DNA of 64,000 nt from IMG/VR virus record IMGVR_UViG_3300006045_001036. One strand, given 5' to 3'. The translations under genes and the position numbers were made by a program. This DNA comes from a virus. Lineage: Duplodnaviria; Caudoviricetes. How positions within the stretch are numbered: the first letter of the stretch is position 1; every line of letters begins with the position of its first letter. The notes beneath the pieces were generated by a model. That model worked only from the letters and a program-made list of their open reading frames with translations. It was not told where the DNA came from and ran no database searches. Shown here piece by piece: positions 37,201 through 45,227 of this stretch.

Positions 37201-38461
37201 TCGACATCATATCAAGCATTGCGTCTTTAGTATAGCCTTGAGCTTGCCCGACTTCACGTAGATTTCCCTCCCACACAGATTTCACCGCTTGAGCAGCTTC
37301 TTCCATGATTTGGAAAGGTTTTTCTATAATCGCCTTGACGTCTGCGGCAAGTCGTTGGTCTGCTAAAGCTTTGTACTGCTTACGCATTTCTTTCTCAGCA
37401 CCACGAGAAAATCCCGACATGATGTTAGACACCGACTGTTTCATTTCACCGACAGTGGATTTCAGGTCACTAACTAACCCTCCGACAGCATGACCGACAA
37501 CTTTACCGACAACCATTCCAACGGGACCGCCGATAGCCATGCCGATTTTGCCAGTGACTTGACCTATTACCTTACCAATAATAACGTCTGTTTTTACTTC
37601 AGGAGTTCGCTGTGATGTATCGGCTAATCCGTTAGAGTCTAATTCATCACTATCGTTTAAAGTCCCGCCTACAACCCAAACAGGAGCGGCATTGTCTTTA
37701 TATTGTTTTGAGCTGTTGTCTCCGCTAAGATTTCCGCCAAGACCACCACCTAACAAACCTCCAACTGCACCCGAAGTATCTTGTTCTTTATCCTTCTTGC
37801 CAAATCCGGGAACTCCTTCAAAAAGAAAATCCTTGGTAGAGTTTCCGATTTTTGATGCAGCTCTTCCTATACTTCCCGATACACCGCCGTTATCCTTCCA
37901 TTTTTGGAAATTTTCTTTCTTATTTCGGAATTCTGGTGTACCGTACCCAAATATATTTTGTGTCGCACGTCCCGGAAGTTCGCCGATATTTTTGCCAATC
38001 TGACCCATCTTATTGCTAAAAGCAGCACGGTCAGCCCGACGCTTTTGATTGTGCAATTCATAACTACCGAAGCTTGTGCCGTGAGGTAATGAGCCAGGAG
38101 CATACCTACCTGTTTCAGAACCAGCAACAGGCAAGAGACCTTTTTGTTGTAGCCACCCTGTACCCGCACCCGATTGAAACCCGCTTCCTGCTGTCGAGCG
38201 TAACCCGCCTTGCCTCTGTTGACTTTGCTTGTTACTACTTAACCACTTTGAACCTGAGTTATCACGCCCTCCACCCATTGTAGAACTTCCACGTTGCATG
38301 GAGCGGAGAATAGAGTTTTGTTCCTGAGTCAGTCCTAACAGTTGGTCGATTTTGCGGACAATGTTGATAGTAGAGGTCTCTGTAAGACCTCTACTATCGT
38401 TATGAGCAGTCCCCGCAGTCTGTTGAAACAAGGACAGAAGGTCGTTATTAGCGTCCATCAT
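34217..38461 (-). CDS. Tape measure protein
   Basis: 1414 aa, helical Ala/Gly/Gln-rich, after tube and chaperone genes. Confidence 0.8.
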   Translation of the reverse strand: MMDANNDLLSLFQQTAGTAHNDSRGLTETSTINIVRKIDQLLGLTQEQNSILRSMQRGSSTMGGGRDNSGSKWLSSNKQSQQRQGGLRSTAGSGFQSGAGTGWLQQKGLLPVAGSETGRYAPGSLPHGTSFGSYELHNQKRRADRAAFSNKMGQIGKNIGELPGRATQNIFGYGTPEFRNKKENFQKWKDNGGVSGSIGRAASKIGNSTKDFLFEGVPGFGKKDKEQDTSGAVGGLLGGGLGGNLSGDNSSKQYKDNAAPVWVVGGTLNDSDELDSNGLADTSQRTPEVKTDVIIGKVIGQVTGKIGMAIGGPVGMVVGKVVGHAVGGLVSDLKSTVGEMKQSVSNIMSGFSRGAEKEMRKQYKALADQRLAADVKAIIEKPFQIMEEAAQAVKSVWEGNLREVGQAQGYTKDAMLDMMSKMSARLEKDGLSRILDATELTSNLAGVISSGLTGVVAEEFTYLATVLKATTGEDFFQYADTFGSIVAQELTKGRSQSEAIATASASLQSTAGMFMAAGRELTQGIGTGLKDMKSILDSANQIARNARVSDNTEILEALTKVSAVAGAIDSRLSTGLIEAITQATSGSNDAAIVAFRALAGQGAEATEFLRSFSQDPSRLLGTIFDELAQRQRIAPDAYMTVADQLAPVFNIPPDAFSGIDFSMMGEAMRGGLNGDRTFQQSLDLLKSGETTINSAQARMAEINKQIADDGLGWLIDNDVAMMMYKNQLDEQRQRDAQAATWAVEIKGETNNLLQSLKEGVSSILKFLNPLGSIVAFFKKANEVSKVDKNREAVLKAGVVGNPANFMYANIMTAGKALDLKISQDYASMISDGAIRGSRINAPNMQRGSDRLFNSYGATSWNNLRQALTPTIVSAVGTGFGRSMYDWKNVLGGGSGLRAASGHSGGANKNPNLTNLSASEDATERAAQRAEKVLEQVEKDAKKFVGTYEEFTAQQKQLGRNIEQLSKQAGQSEQAIVDAFNEGQVEQGAAMNAVRLQTEERWWKEMLHETQRVHSAIVAGTIIQSKALGYQENLEFTMNEFEEKKTESIFQRMFGTFRGVIQNVFKASEVEQPEMFEERMLTALAEEMETRETWELAGKRRHWSGSGSENGEIVTELEKSDRSQKAVLEDIEEHLRLHRVSFGVDGENKDYRDQFHKYRENFGINSPSGDDNWRTEFWRYHGSFGRDTLFGHANYRSQFDEFSTSFGKVGSQNNYRHQFQRYSEEWFGDASNRAGSYREQFKTYSEQYFGVSESTTGSYRSEFRAYRDEFARYHSDFNRFAIQNLQQISSIRDEFGEVFNVKGQGREANGSGFTQGLGPNGEFINGNNPAYRALAAGEHAIHDVSLSLEQLVTMLSDQAKANNTANPVEQTNILLATLVKLMGNLAQTLSGGYGGVGDSGNFWDMLSAASYGQPQ

Positions 38462-38493
38462 TCACCTCATATAGAATTACTTATACTTTTCTT

Positions 38494-38650
38494 TTACTTT
38501 TCAGGTTTGTTACGCTCTTCAATTTCTTTCATGGCTTCATAATACCATTTATTAACCGTTCCGACTGGTTTCTTAGCCACGTATTCGGGATTTGTTTTCC
38601 ACGCACGAGCAACAAACATTATCTTTTCTTCCCATCTGTCATACTGCAAC
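38494..38650 (-). CDS. Tail assembly chaperone second ORF (gp51/GT-like)
   Basis: LQYDRWEEKIMFVARAW...EIEERNK in the +1 frame overlapping the end of the upstream gene; start uncertain. Confidence 0.5.
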
Positions 38651-39580
38651 CGCCTCGGACTCTTCTCCTGCGTCGGCAAGTCGGTTTGTGTTGACGTCGC
38701 TGTCGGTGAGGGGTTGTTTGGATTTTTTGGCTTTGATGAGTTCCTCTCTACGTAGTCTCTTCTCTCGTAAGGACGGTCTAAGAAATCGTTCCTCCACAGG
38801 AGCGTAGAACCTCGCTTCCGCACCACATTTTGGACAAGGAACTGTCCCACTCATCTCAATTCCATAACCTCCGAAAGTTTTGTTGTAAGCGGTCAATAAA
38901 CCGTCAAAATCCAAATCATTCATTGCCGCTAATCCTGTATAGAGTTCCCGCCTGTCTTCAACAGCTTTTTTATTACAATGAGTTATCGCATAAGCAAACT
39001 GCACGATTAAATCGTCCCAAGGGTCAATATACCCCTCTCCCTTAGCTTTCTTTACGGCAATCGCTCTGAAAGTTGGGTCTTTGCGAGCGTGAAGCATATC
39101 GCCGACACGAGGGAAGCGAATCGACAAATCCCACTTCCAATCAATAAACGTGTCTGCTGCCTTGATTTCAAGTATTTTCTCACAATTCGCAGGAGGTTGA
39201 CGGAAACCAATGTTTGACAGAGAAACACGATGGTCACCGAATACCCGCCCCATTTCATCAGAATCCTTGCACCCGAAATTGTTTTCTCCGCCAGTACAAG
39301 CAATCGCATTGACAAAATGTGTCGCTCCCCAAGATACGATGTGCAATGCTCGGCATATCCAGTGGAAGTCAATCAGCAACAATGATTTGTAGTCGCAGGT
39401 TTGACTATCAGTAGGTATGACGCATTTAGGGAAAATCTCGTCTACGATGAACTGGTCGAGATTTTCAGCCCCGATTGTTTCCAACCGAAGCTCCGCCGTA
39501 ATTGTTTTGATTGTGAAATGCCGTGGATATCCCTCAGGGTATAAGTGCGGTGGGGATAATAAGGTAAGTTCTTCGTTCAT
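38639..39580 (-). CDS. Tail assembly chaperone / gp26-like hub assembly protein
   Basis: LLLIDFHWICRAL, RFPRVGD, CPKCG; between tube and tape measure. Confidence 0.65.
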   Translation of the reverse strand: MNEELTLLSPPHLYPEGYPRHFTIKTITAELRLETIGAENLDQFIVDEIFPKCVIPTDSQTCDYKSLLLIDFHWICRALHIVSWGATHFVNAIACTGGENNFGCKDSDEMGRVFGDHRVSLSNIGFRQPPANCEKILEIKAADTFIDWKWDLSIRFPRVGDMLHARKDPTFRAIAVKKAKGEGYIDPWDDLIVQFAYAITHCNKKAVEDRRELYTGLAAMNDLDFDGLLTAYNKTFGGYGIEMSGTVPCPKCGAEARFYAPVEERFLRPSLREKRLRREELIKAKKSKQPLTDSDVNTNRLADAGEESEAVAV

Positions 39581-39643
39581 GATTAATGAACTCCTTTCTA
39601 ATTATTCCCACCGACTTTACAGTATTCTTTTGTTAACGAACGC

Positions 39644-40231
39644 TTAACCGCCATACTCTGCTCGGTCAAGCCACTCTAAGACTGAAATCGTCAAAGTTAA
39701 CGTAATCTGAGCAACAGAACCGCCGACCATGTCGTTTTGACCGTAGTCCACATTACCAAGCCATACACCTCTTGCACGGCACACCGCTCTCGGCATACCT
39801 TGACCGTCGAAACGGCTGTAAGTAAGTGTTTTAGCGTAGATAGAGGGTGTTCCTTGTTTACCGCTACGAGGATTATAAACCGCTTTGTCAAGTTTCTTAA
39901 CAGTTTGGATAACGTCAGGTTCACAGAACCAGTTAACTGTCCAAGAAACGTCATTCCACGTAGTTTTTCCGGGTACTTTGTACACGCCGTGTACAAAGTG
40001 TATTGGGATTACCTCTCTTTGTGAAGTAAACGGACTAAGTTGAGCCGTTGAAAAATCAAGGTCTTCGGCATAAGATGTTGCGTCGTTACCCGATACGTTG
40101 TGAAGCCGAACTTGGAACTGGTTCACAGTGAGTGCGACATATGAGTCGTTCTCAAACATATGGTTCGTATTTAGGTACGTAGGCGAATACTCACTCGGGG
40201 GAGTGTAGACATCATCAGGATTAAAAGCCAT
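39644..40231 (-). CDS. Tail tube protein (gp19-like)
   Basis: KVPGKTTWNDVSWTV; follows sheath. Confidence 0.8.
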   Translation of the reverse strand: MAFNPDDVYTPPSEYSPTYLNTNHMFENDSYVALTVNQFQVRLHNVSGNDATSYAEDLDFSTAQLSPFTSQREVIPIHFVHGVYKVPGKTTWNDVSWTVNWFCEPDVIQTVKKLDKAVYNPRSGKQGTPSIYAKTLTYSRFDGQGMPRAVCRARGVWLGNVDYGQNDMVGGSVAQITLTLTISVLEWLDRAEYGG

Positions 40232-40267
40232 AATAAATATCTCCTTTATATTAATGCTAATTCTCGA

Positions 40268-42952
40268 TTAGGAAGTGAACTGTGACAGGTCTGTGCCAGG
40301 GGGAAGTGCGATTAACGCTATGTCAATGTCTTGGACTACTCCGTTGACAATAAGGTAGATGTTTCCGACAACGCTGTTGGCGTTAACATGGTCGAGTCCG
40401 TTGATATCCGGATTGATTAATATCAAGTAACCGTCTATCGCACCCGCATCCACCATTGAATCAAGAGTAGGATACATTGCCGCTTTGAACCGTCCCATCG
40501 CAGTCGCATTGTTGTATGTCAACTGAATTCTCCGCCCTGCGTCAAACGCTTGTTTGCTGACTTCGTTAAACAGGTATCTTGTCGAAAGATTACGAAGAGC
40601 GTTATATGTCATTTCGGGTTGGTCGTATAATGTGAAGTTTCCTCTGAGCAACACACCCATCTGCGGGTCGTTCACAATCGGGTTAACTCCAACACCTCTG
40701 TCGTTATCTTGCCAGTATTCGAGTAACACTTGACCGACTTTTTTGTCTACCTTACCAAATCTCAATGTATGAGTTTGGTTAGTCGGCTGACACCAGAACT
40801 GTTGAATAGCCTGTTGTTTAAGCTGAGTTCTGCGAATAATCAGATTGGCAAGCGAAGGACTTATTGCAGCACGGATATTTCCGAGCATCGGGAACGTGTA
40901 TTCAACCCAGTTCGCAACCATATGAGCTTTTGTGCTTCTGAGCGGTTCGCCGTCAAGAGACACCGTATTGTTTGTGTTATCAAGTCCGATGTCTAAGTTG
41001 TCGAATTCTACTGAGGTTTGCGGTATAGCTTGAGACAATTGCTGTGCGATACCGCCGTCTTCGTAGTTCTTCAAACACTTGAACGGTATAAACCTCGGGG
41101 CATCCAGCGAAGCAACACCGCATTTACCCCAAACACAGACCGCAGTCATTATCCTGTGAAGCTGAGACATCTTGTAATCGTTGTTATCGGCAGTCCCGCC
41201 TTCCGCAGTTGCGGCAACTTCTGCACCGAAGTTTTGGTCATCCCATCCAGGAAGGATTAAAACTTCAAACTCGTAGAAGATTTTATCAGTCAAAGCGGGG
41301 ATGGCTTTCATACAGTAGAATAACGCTGCTTGACGAACTGCTTCCAGCTTGAGTTGAGATTGAGACATTCCTTGAATCCCGATGTCGGGATTTCCTTTGT
41401 AGTAATCCATCCATAACGGAGAGAAGTCACCTTTATCGTTGGCGTTTCCGGGGTCTGCGTACCTTGGTGCAATATAATTATCAATGATTAACTCGGCTGT
41501 AACAAACCCAGGATGTTGATAATAGTCTGTACCCAGTCGTCCAGAGCGTTCAAGTTCCGCAGGTACGGCGGGTATCGCAGGAGTACAACGTGCTACGTTG
41601 GGGTCGGGGTCATCTTTATTCGGGCAGTTTGCGTTGAACACTGCAACAGGAGAAATAGCCGTACTCATTACGCAACCACAAGCTGTTTCTTCGACAGCAG
41701 GGATAGCGGGAGTGATAGTAATACGACATTCGGAAATCCAGAACCCGAAGTCACGTCTTTCCCACCGATGATTAAGAGCAGAGCCGTCTTTACTCGGTAT
41801 GCCTGTACCGTTACCCGAACCGTTGAATACGAAGAAGTTATCAACGTATATGATGTTTTCAGTCAGTGCCAAGTAGCCGAGTTCAGGGTCAAACTCTTGA
41901 GGAATACCCGCCGCATCAACTACGGTGATGTTAACAGGGTTATCTTCATTACGGTTGTCAACGATAAAGAAACTACCATCGTCAGCTTTATCAACAGTAA
42001 TATTGCCGAAACTGTCTGCAGAACGAACAATCGGGAACATTTCGCCGTCTTCGTTTTCTTCCCATTCAGGTTCTCTCGGCAGGTCAAGGTTTGTGGCATC
42101 AAGCGAAACAAACTTCGATTGAGTTTGAGAACCGCTATATGCTTCTCTCCAGTACGGAGCGGTGTCAGAAGCGTCTTCCACGGTTAACGAGAATGTAAAC
42201 GACTCAACAGCTTTACGAACACCTTGGTCGTCCATAACGAATACAGTTGCTGTTCTCCAACATTTTTTAACATCAGTGCCAGCATCGGATTTTTGATTGA
42301 AACGTCCTTTATATTGACGGATTCTCAGCCATAAACGATTACCGAAAGTTCCGGGAAACCTTGCAACAACATTAATAGGTCGTCTTCCTTCTGCTCCGAC
42401 GTCAGGTAACTGAAGAACAGGCGGTGCAATTATCATGATAGGCTGGTCTAATTTGTTAGTTTCACCAGTGTCAATCATAATATATTTGCCGTTTTCATCT
42501 ACCTCATGAGCATATCTGAAGTTCAATGCTTCGTAACCGTCGCATATACGAGTTACGATAATATCGTAGCCGTTAAGCAACAGAGTGAGAGCATAGCCGT
42601 AGGAGTAGTCCTTCAAAGATGAGAACTTATCACAAGCCCCACGGAATGTCGAGATAAATTTACCAATACCTTCTTGATTTGCCTCGAATCTCTGCCACGG
42701 AATGTCATGTGTTGAAGGAGTAACTCCGGGAGGGGCTTGCTTGGTTTGCAATTCACCATAATCAGACTCTGACATATCAGCGGGACGAGATGTTTCGTTG
42801 TAATAACCGTATGTTGCTTCGGTATCGGTGTCACGTTTAGCAATACAGCCATCTCCCCACGCAGACATGATAGGGAGAGCTACAGTCGCAAACCGTCTGT
42901 TAGGTAACGAATATGCGTAATTTTCGCTAACTTCGGTAACGTTGATTTTCAT
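40268..42952 (-). CDS. Tail sheath protein
   Basis: ARFPGTFGNRL, VNPIVN...GNFTL...ALRNLSTRYLF sheath C-terminal motifs. Confidence 0.85.
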   Translation of the reverse strand: MKINVTEVSENYAYSLPNRRFATVALPIMSAWGDGCIAKRDTDTEATYGYYNETSRPADMSESDYGELQTKQAPPGVTPSTHDIPWQRFEANQEGIGKFISTFRGACDKFSSLKDYSYGYALTLLLNGYDIIVTRICDGYEALNFRYAHEVDENGKYIMIDTGETNKLDQPIMIIAPPVLQLPDVGAEGRRPINVVARFPGTFGNRLWLRIRQYKGRFNQKSDAGTDVKKCWRTATVFVMDDQGVRKAVESFTFSLTVEDASDTAPYWREAYSGSQTQSKFVSLDATNLDLPREPEWEENEDGEMFPIVRSADSFGNITVDKADDGSFFIVDNRNEDNPVNITVVDAAGIPQEFDPELGYLALTENIIYVDNFFVFNGSGNGTGIPSKDGSALNHRWERRDFGFWISECRITITPAIPAVEETACGCVMSTAISPVAVFNANCPNKDDPDPNVARCTPAIPAVPAELERSGRLGTDYYQHPGFVTAELIIDNYIAPRYADPGNANDKGDFSPLWMDYYKGNPDIGIQGMSQSQLKLEAVRQAALFYCMKAIPALTDKIFYEFEVLILPGWDDQNFGAEVAATAEGGTADNNDYKMSQLHRIMTAVCVWGKCGVASLDAPRFIPFKCLKNYEDGGIAQQLSQAIPQTSVEFDNLDIGLDNTNNTVSLDGEPLRSTKAHMVANWVEYTFPMLGNIRAAISPSLANLIIRRTQLKQQAIQQFWCQPTNQTHTLRFGKVDKKVGQVLLEYWQDNDRGVGVNPIVNDPQMGVLLRGNFTLYDQPEMTYNALRNLSTRYLFNEVSKQAFDAGRRIQLTYNNATAMGRFKAAMYPTLDSMVDAGAIDGYLILINPDINGLDHVNANSVVGNIYLIVNGVVQDIDIALIALPPGTDLSQFTS

Positions 42953-42959
42953 ATCTTAG

Positions 42960-43625
42960 TTATTTCCTCTCATTTAATAATCTGGGGATGTCTCCTGGGT
43001 TAATTGCTCCAGTGCCATCTTCCAGCTTCTCTACGATTTTATCTAACTCTAAGTGCATAATCTTTCTTCTGTCACTGAATAACATTACTGCACCGTTTGT
43101 CCAGAGAGGAACAGACTTTTGGTATAGTGTACCAACAGCGTGATACTCCGAGCTTCCAGTCTGTGTAACAATGTCATCACCGCACTCTAACCCGAACGAA
43201 ATCTTTCTGTTAATACCATAGGGAGCTGTGAATTCGTGGAAATACCTACGACGTAAGCAAGCCCACAGAGAACGGATAATCTCGTCAGCTATCCACGTTT
43301 TATCCGCCATTACTTGTAGAGAGTATTCAAGAGCTATCGGAATGGAATACTCGTAGATAACTTCATTTCTGTTTCCCTCGTTATCAATTCTGACAGGAAA
43401 ACCGAACTTTTCCCGAGCGAAGTTATACCGTTGTCTGTCAACTGGCTCGGAGGTACGCACAAGCGAAACAACAGGAAGCGGCACGGTGTCGTTGTTAAGC
43501 AGTGCAACGAGTTCATGTATATTTTCGGGACGGTATACCTTAACCTTCGCCCAATCCTCGTTTTTCGAAGATTTTAACCGTTCTTGAAGATAATCAGCAA
43601 TGACTTTGTCGTATAGGTGTATCAT
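42960..43625 (-). CDS. Tail terminator/neck protein
   Basis: YDKVI...LPVVSLVR...IPIALEYSL; directly upstream of sheath. Confidence 0.6.
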   Translation of the reverse strand: MIHLYDKVIADYLQERLKSSKNEDWAKVKVYRPENIHELVALLNNDTVPLPVVSLVRTSEPVDRQRYNFAREKFGFPVRIDNEGNRNEVIYEYSIPIALEYSLQVMADKTWIADEIIRSLWACLRRRYFHEFTAPYGINRKISFGLECGDDIVTQTGSSEYHAVGTLYQKSVPLWTNGAVMLFSDRRKIMHLELDKIVEKLEDGTGAINPGDIPRLLNERK

Positions 43626-43927
43626 TAACTGCCTCCCTGCTCTCGGTCATAGTTTCCTATACATCCGAGTAACCAGTTTTCATAACCTTCTTCCCCGCAA
43701 CTCGGGCAATCCTTATTAGCAATTTCGTTGAGTTTGGATACAGAGCCGTTCAACTCTACGTACAGACGGTGGTCGCATTTACAACAGATGAATACGAATT
43801 CGGCTTTGTTCTGTTCGCCGTGTTGAACTTCGTAAGTATCAAAGTTAAAGTACCCTACGGCTTTTCCTTCGTTGTTTCGAAGGTAAGCGTCTTGGTTTTT
43901 CGTGTTAATTTCTAAATGAGTTTTCAT
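43625..43927 (-). CDS. Zn-ribbon protein inserted in the neck module
   Basis: CCKC...CPSCGEEG; GGAGGT RBS. Confidence 0.6.
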   Translation of the reverse strand: MKTHLEINTKNQDAYLRNNEGKAVGYFNFDTYEVQHGEQNKAEFVFICCKCDHRLYVELNGSVSKLNEIANKDCPSCGEEGYENWLLGCIGNYDREQGGS

Positions 43928-43944
43928 AAAAACCTCCTAACAAC

Positions 43945-44562
43945 CTAAATATCGCCGTCGGTAAGGTCGTATACCTCACCACGGTAATCACTCTCTTCCT
44001 CGAAGAACAGCGTTTCTTTGTCAAGTAACTTTTGTTTAGCGACAGCGTCTTCAGCAATACCGCCGTCTTTTCTGTATTGAGGAATAACCTCGCATATGAT
44101 GTGGTCAGGAACTTGAAACTCCATCGACATACGTTCGACAACAAATTCCCGAGTCGGTAATCCTGTATGAAGCCCTGCGAAGAAAAACTTTGAACCTTTC
44201 TGTATTTCGGGAAGGTTAAACGATACGTGGAGTAAGAACGGCAACTCCGAAGAGTTTTCTACCACCCATCCTAATTTCTTCAGGGTAGCGATTTTCGGTT
44301 GTGCTTCCACTCCACAGAATGTATCAATTAGTTCGGAGAACGCATCCGCAGCTTGTTCGCCGTAAAGGTTGTAATCATTCTTGAGCGGATACTGATACTG
44401 AACAGGGACCCCTTGCATTTCCAACCCCTCGTCATACATCTCCCTCAACATCTGAACCTCTTCGTCAACTATAAGCTGACGGTTGGTGTGTGCGTAAGGT
44501 TTGTCAGGCGGTCGATTTCGTTTATCGTTAACAGGCATAGCCCAAGGGTCGTGATTATCCAC
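43945..44562 (-). CDS. Neck/head-closure protein (gp14-like)
   Basis: YDEGLEMQGVPVQYQYP...LKKLGW; position. Confidence 0.55.
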   Translation of the reverse strand: MDNHDPWAMPVNDKRNRPPDKPYAHTNRQLIVDEEVQMLREMYDEGLEMQGVPVQYQYPLKNDYNLYGEQAADAFSELIDTFCGVEAQPKIATLKKLGWVVENSSELPFLLHVSFNLPEIQKGSKFFFAGLHTGLPTREFVVERMSMEFQVPDHIICEVIPQYRKDGGIAEDAVAKQKLLDKETLFFEEESDYRGEVYDLTDGDI

Positions 44563-45211
44563 AAGTACACCTCCCTCGACATCGACACGGAGACACTGTA
44601 AATCTTGTTACCAAATCGTTAATATCGGCGACAAAATGAAGCCAGTTCCACGAAAATTGTTTATAGTTTTCTTGCTTATCCACCTGAATAATACCGCAAG
44701 TCAATAACTCGTTCCACTCCTGTCTCTGAAATTCATAAGTGCTGTCGAGCAGCTTGTGAGGAAAATTACGGGAATACTTCAATAACCGTTTATCGTTTGC
44801 GTTGAAAGCAACGAGAAAAGTTTCCTGTATACCCTTAACATTCAAAGCTCGCATATGAGTACACCCCATGTTGAGGAATGAGCGGATAAATTCACTCTGA
44901 GCCCTCGATAAGTTGAACTCGGGCGAAAACTCTACATTAAATCCCCAACGAGACAACTCTTGAAGAATTTGCTCGACAGAGAGTTCGTTGACCTGACTGT
45001 TTGGCAACGAGCCTTGTGCGTTAATCGTATACGCAAATACCGTACCTCTCTTCGGGTCGGTTATATTGATGTTAATCCCTTGAAGTATCTCGCTGTTGCA
45101 ATATTCTGACACCTTAATCCTTACCGCCGACGAGTTGTCAGACGGTATTTTATTGAGTTGCGTCCATTTATTTATTCGATAACGTCGAGGTGATGTTCGT
45201 AAAGGTACCAT
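44555..45211 (-). CDS. Hypothetical protein with Cys-rich C-terminus
   Basis: 218 aa, AAAGGAG RBS; ends PCRCRGRCTCG. Confidence 0.6.
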   Translation of the reverse strand: MVPLRTSPRRYRINKWTQLNKIPSDNSSAVRIKVSEYCNSEILQGININITDPKRGTVFAYTINAQGSLPNSQVNELSVEQILQELSRWGFNVEFSPEFNLSRAQSEFIRSFLNMGCTHMRALNVKGIQETFLVAFNANDKRLLKYSRNFPHKLLDSTYEFQRQEWNELLTCGIIQVDKQENYKQFSWNWLHFVADINDLVTRFTVSPCRCRGRCTCG

Positions 45212-45227
45212 ATCTTTCTCCTTTCTA

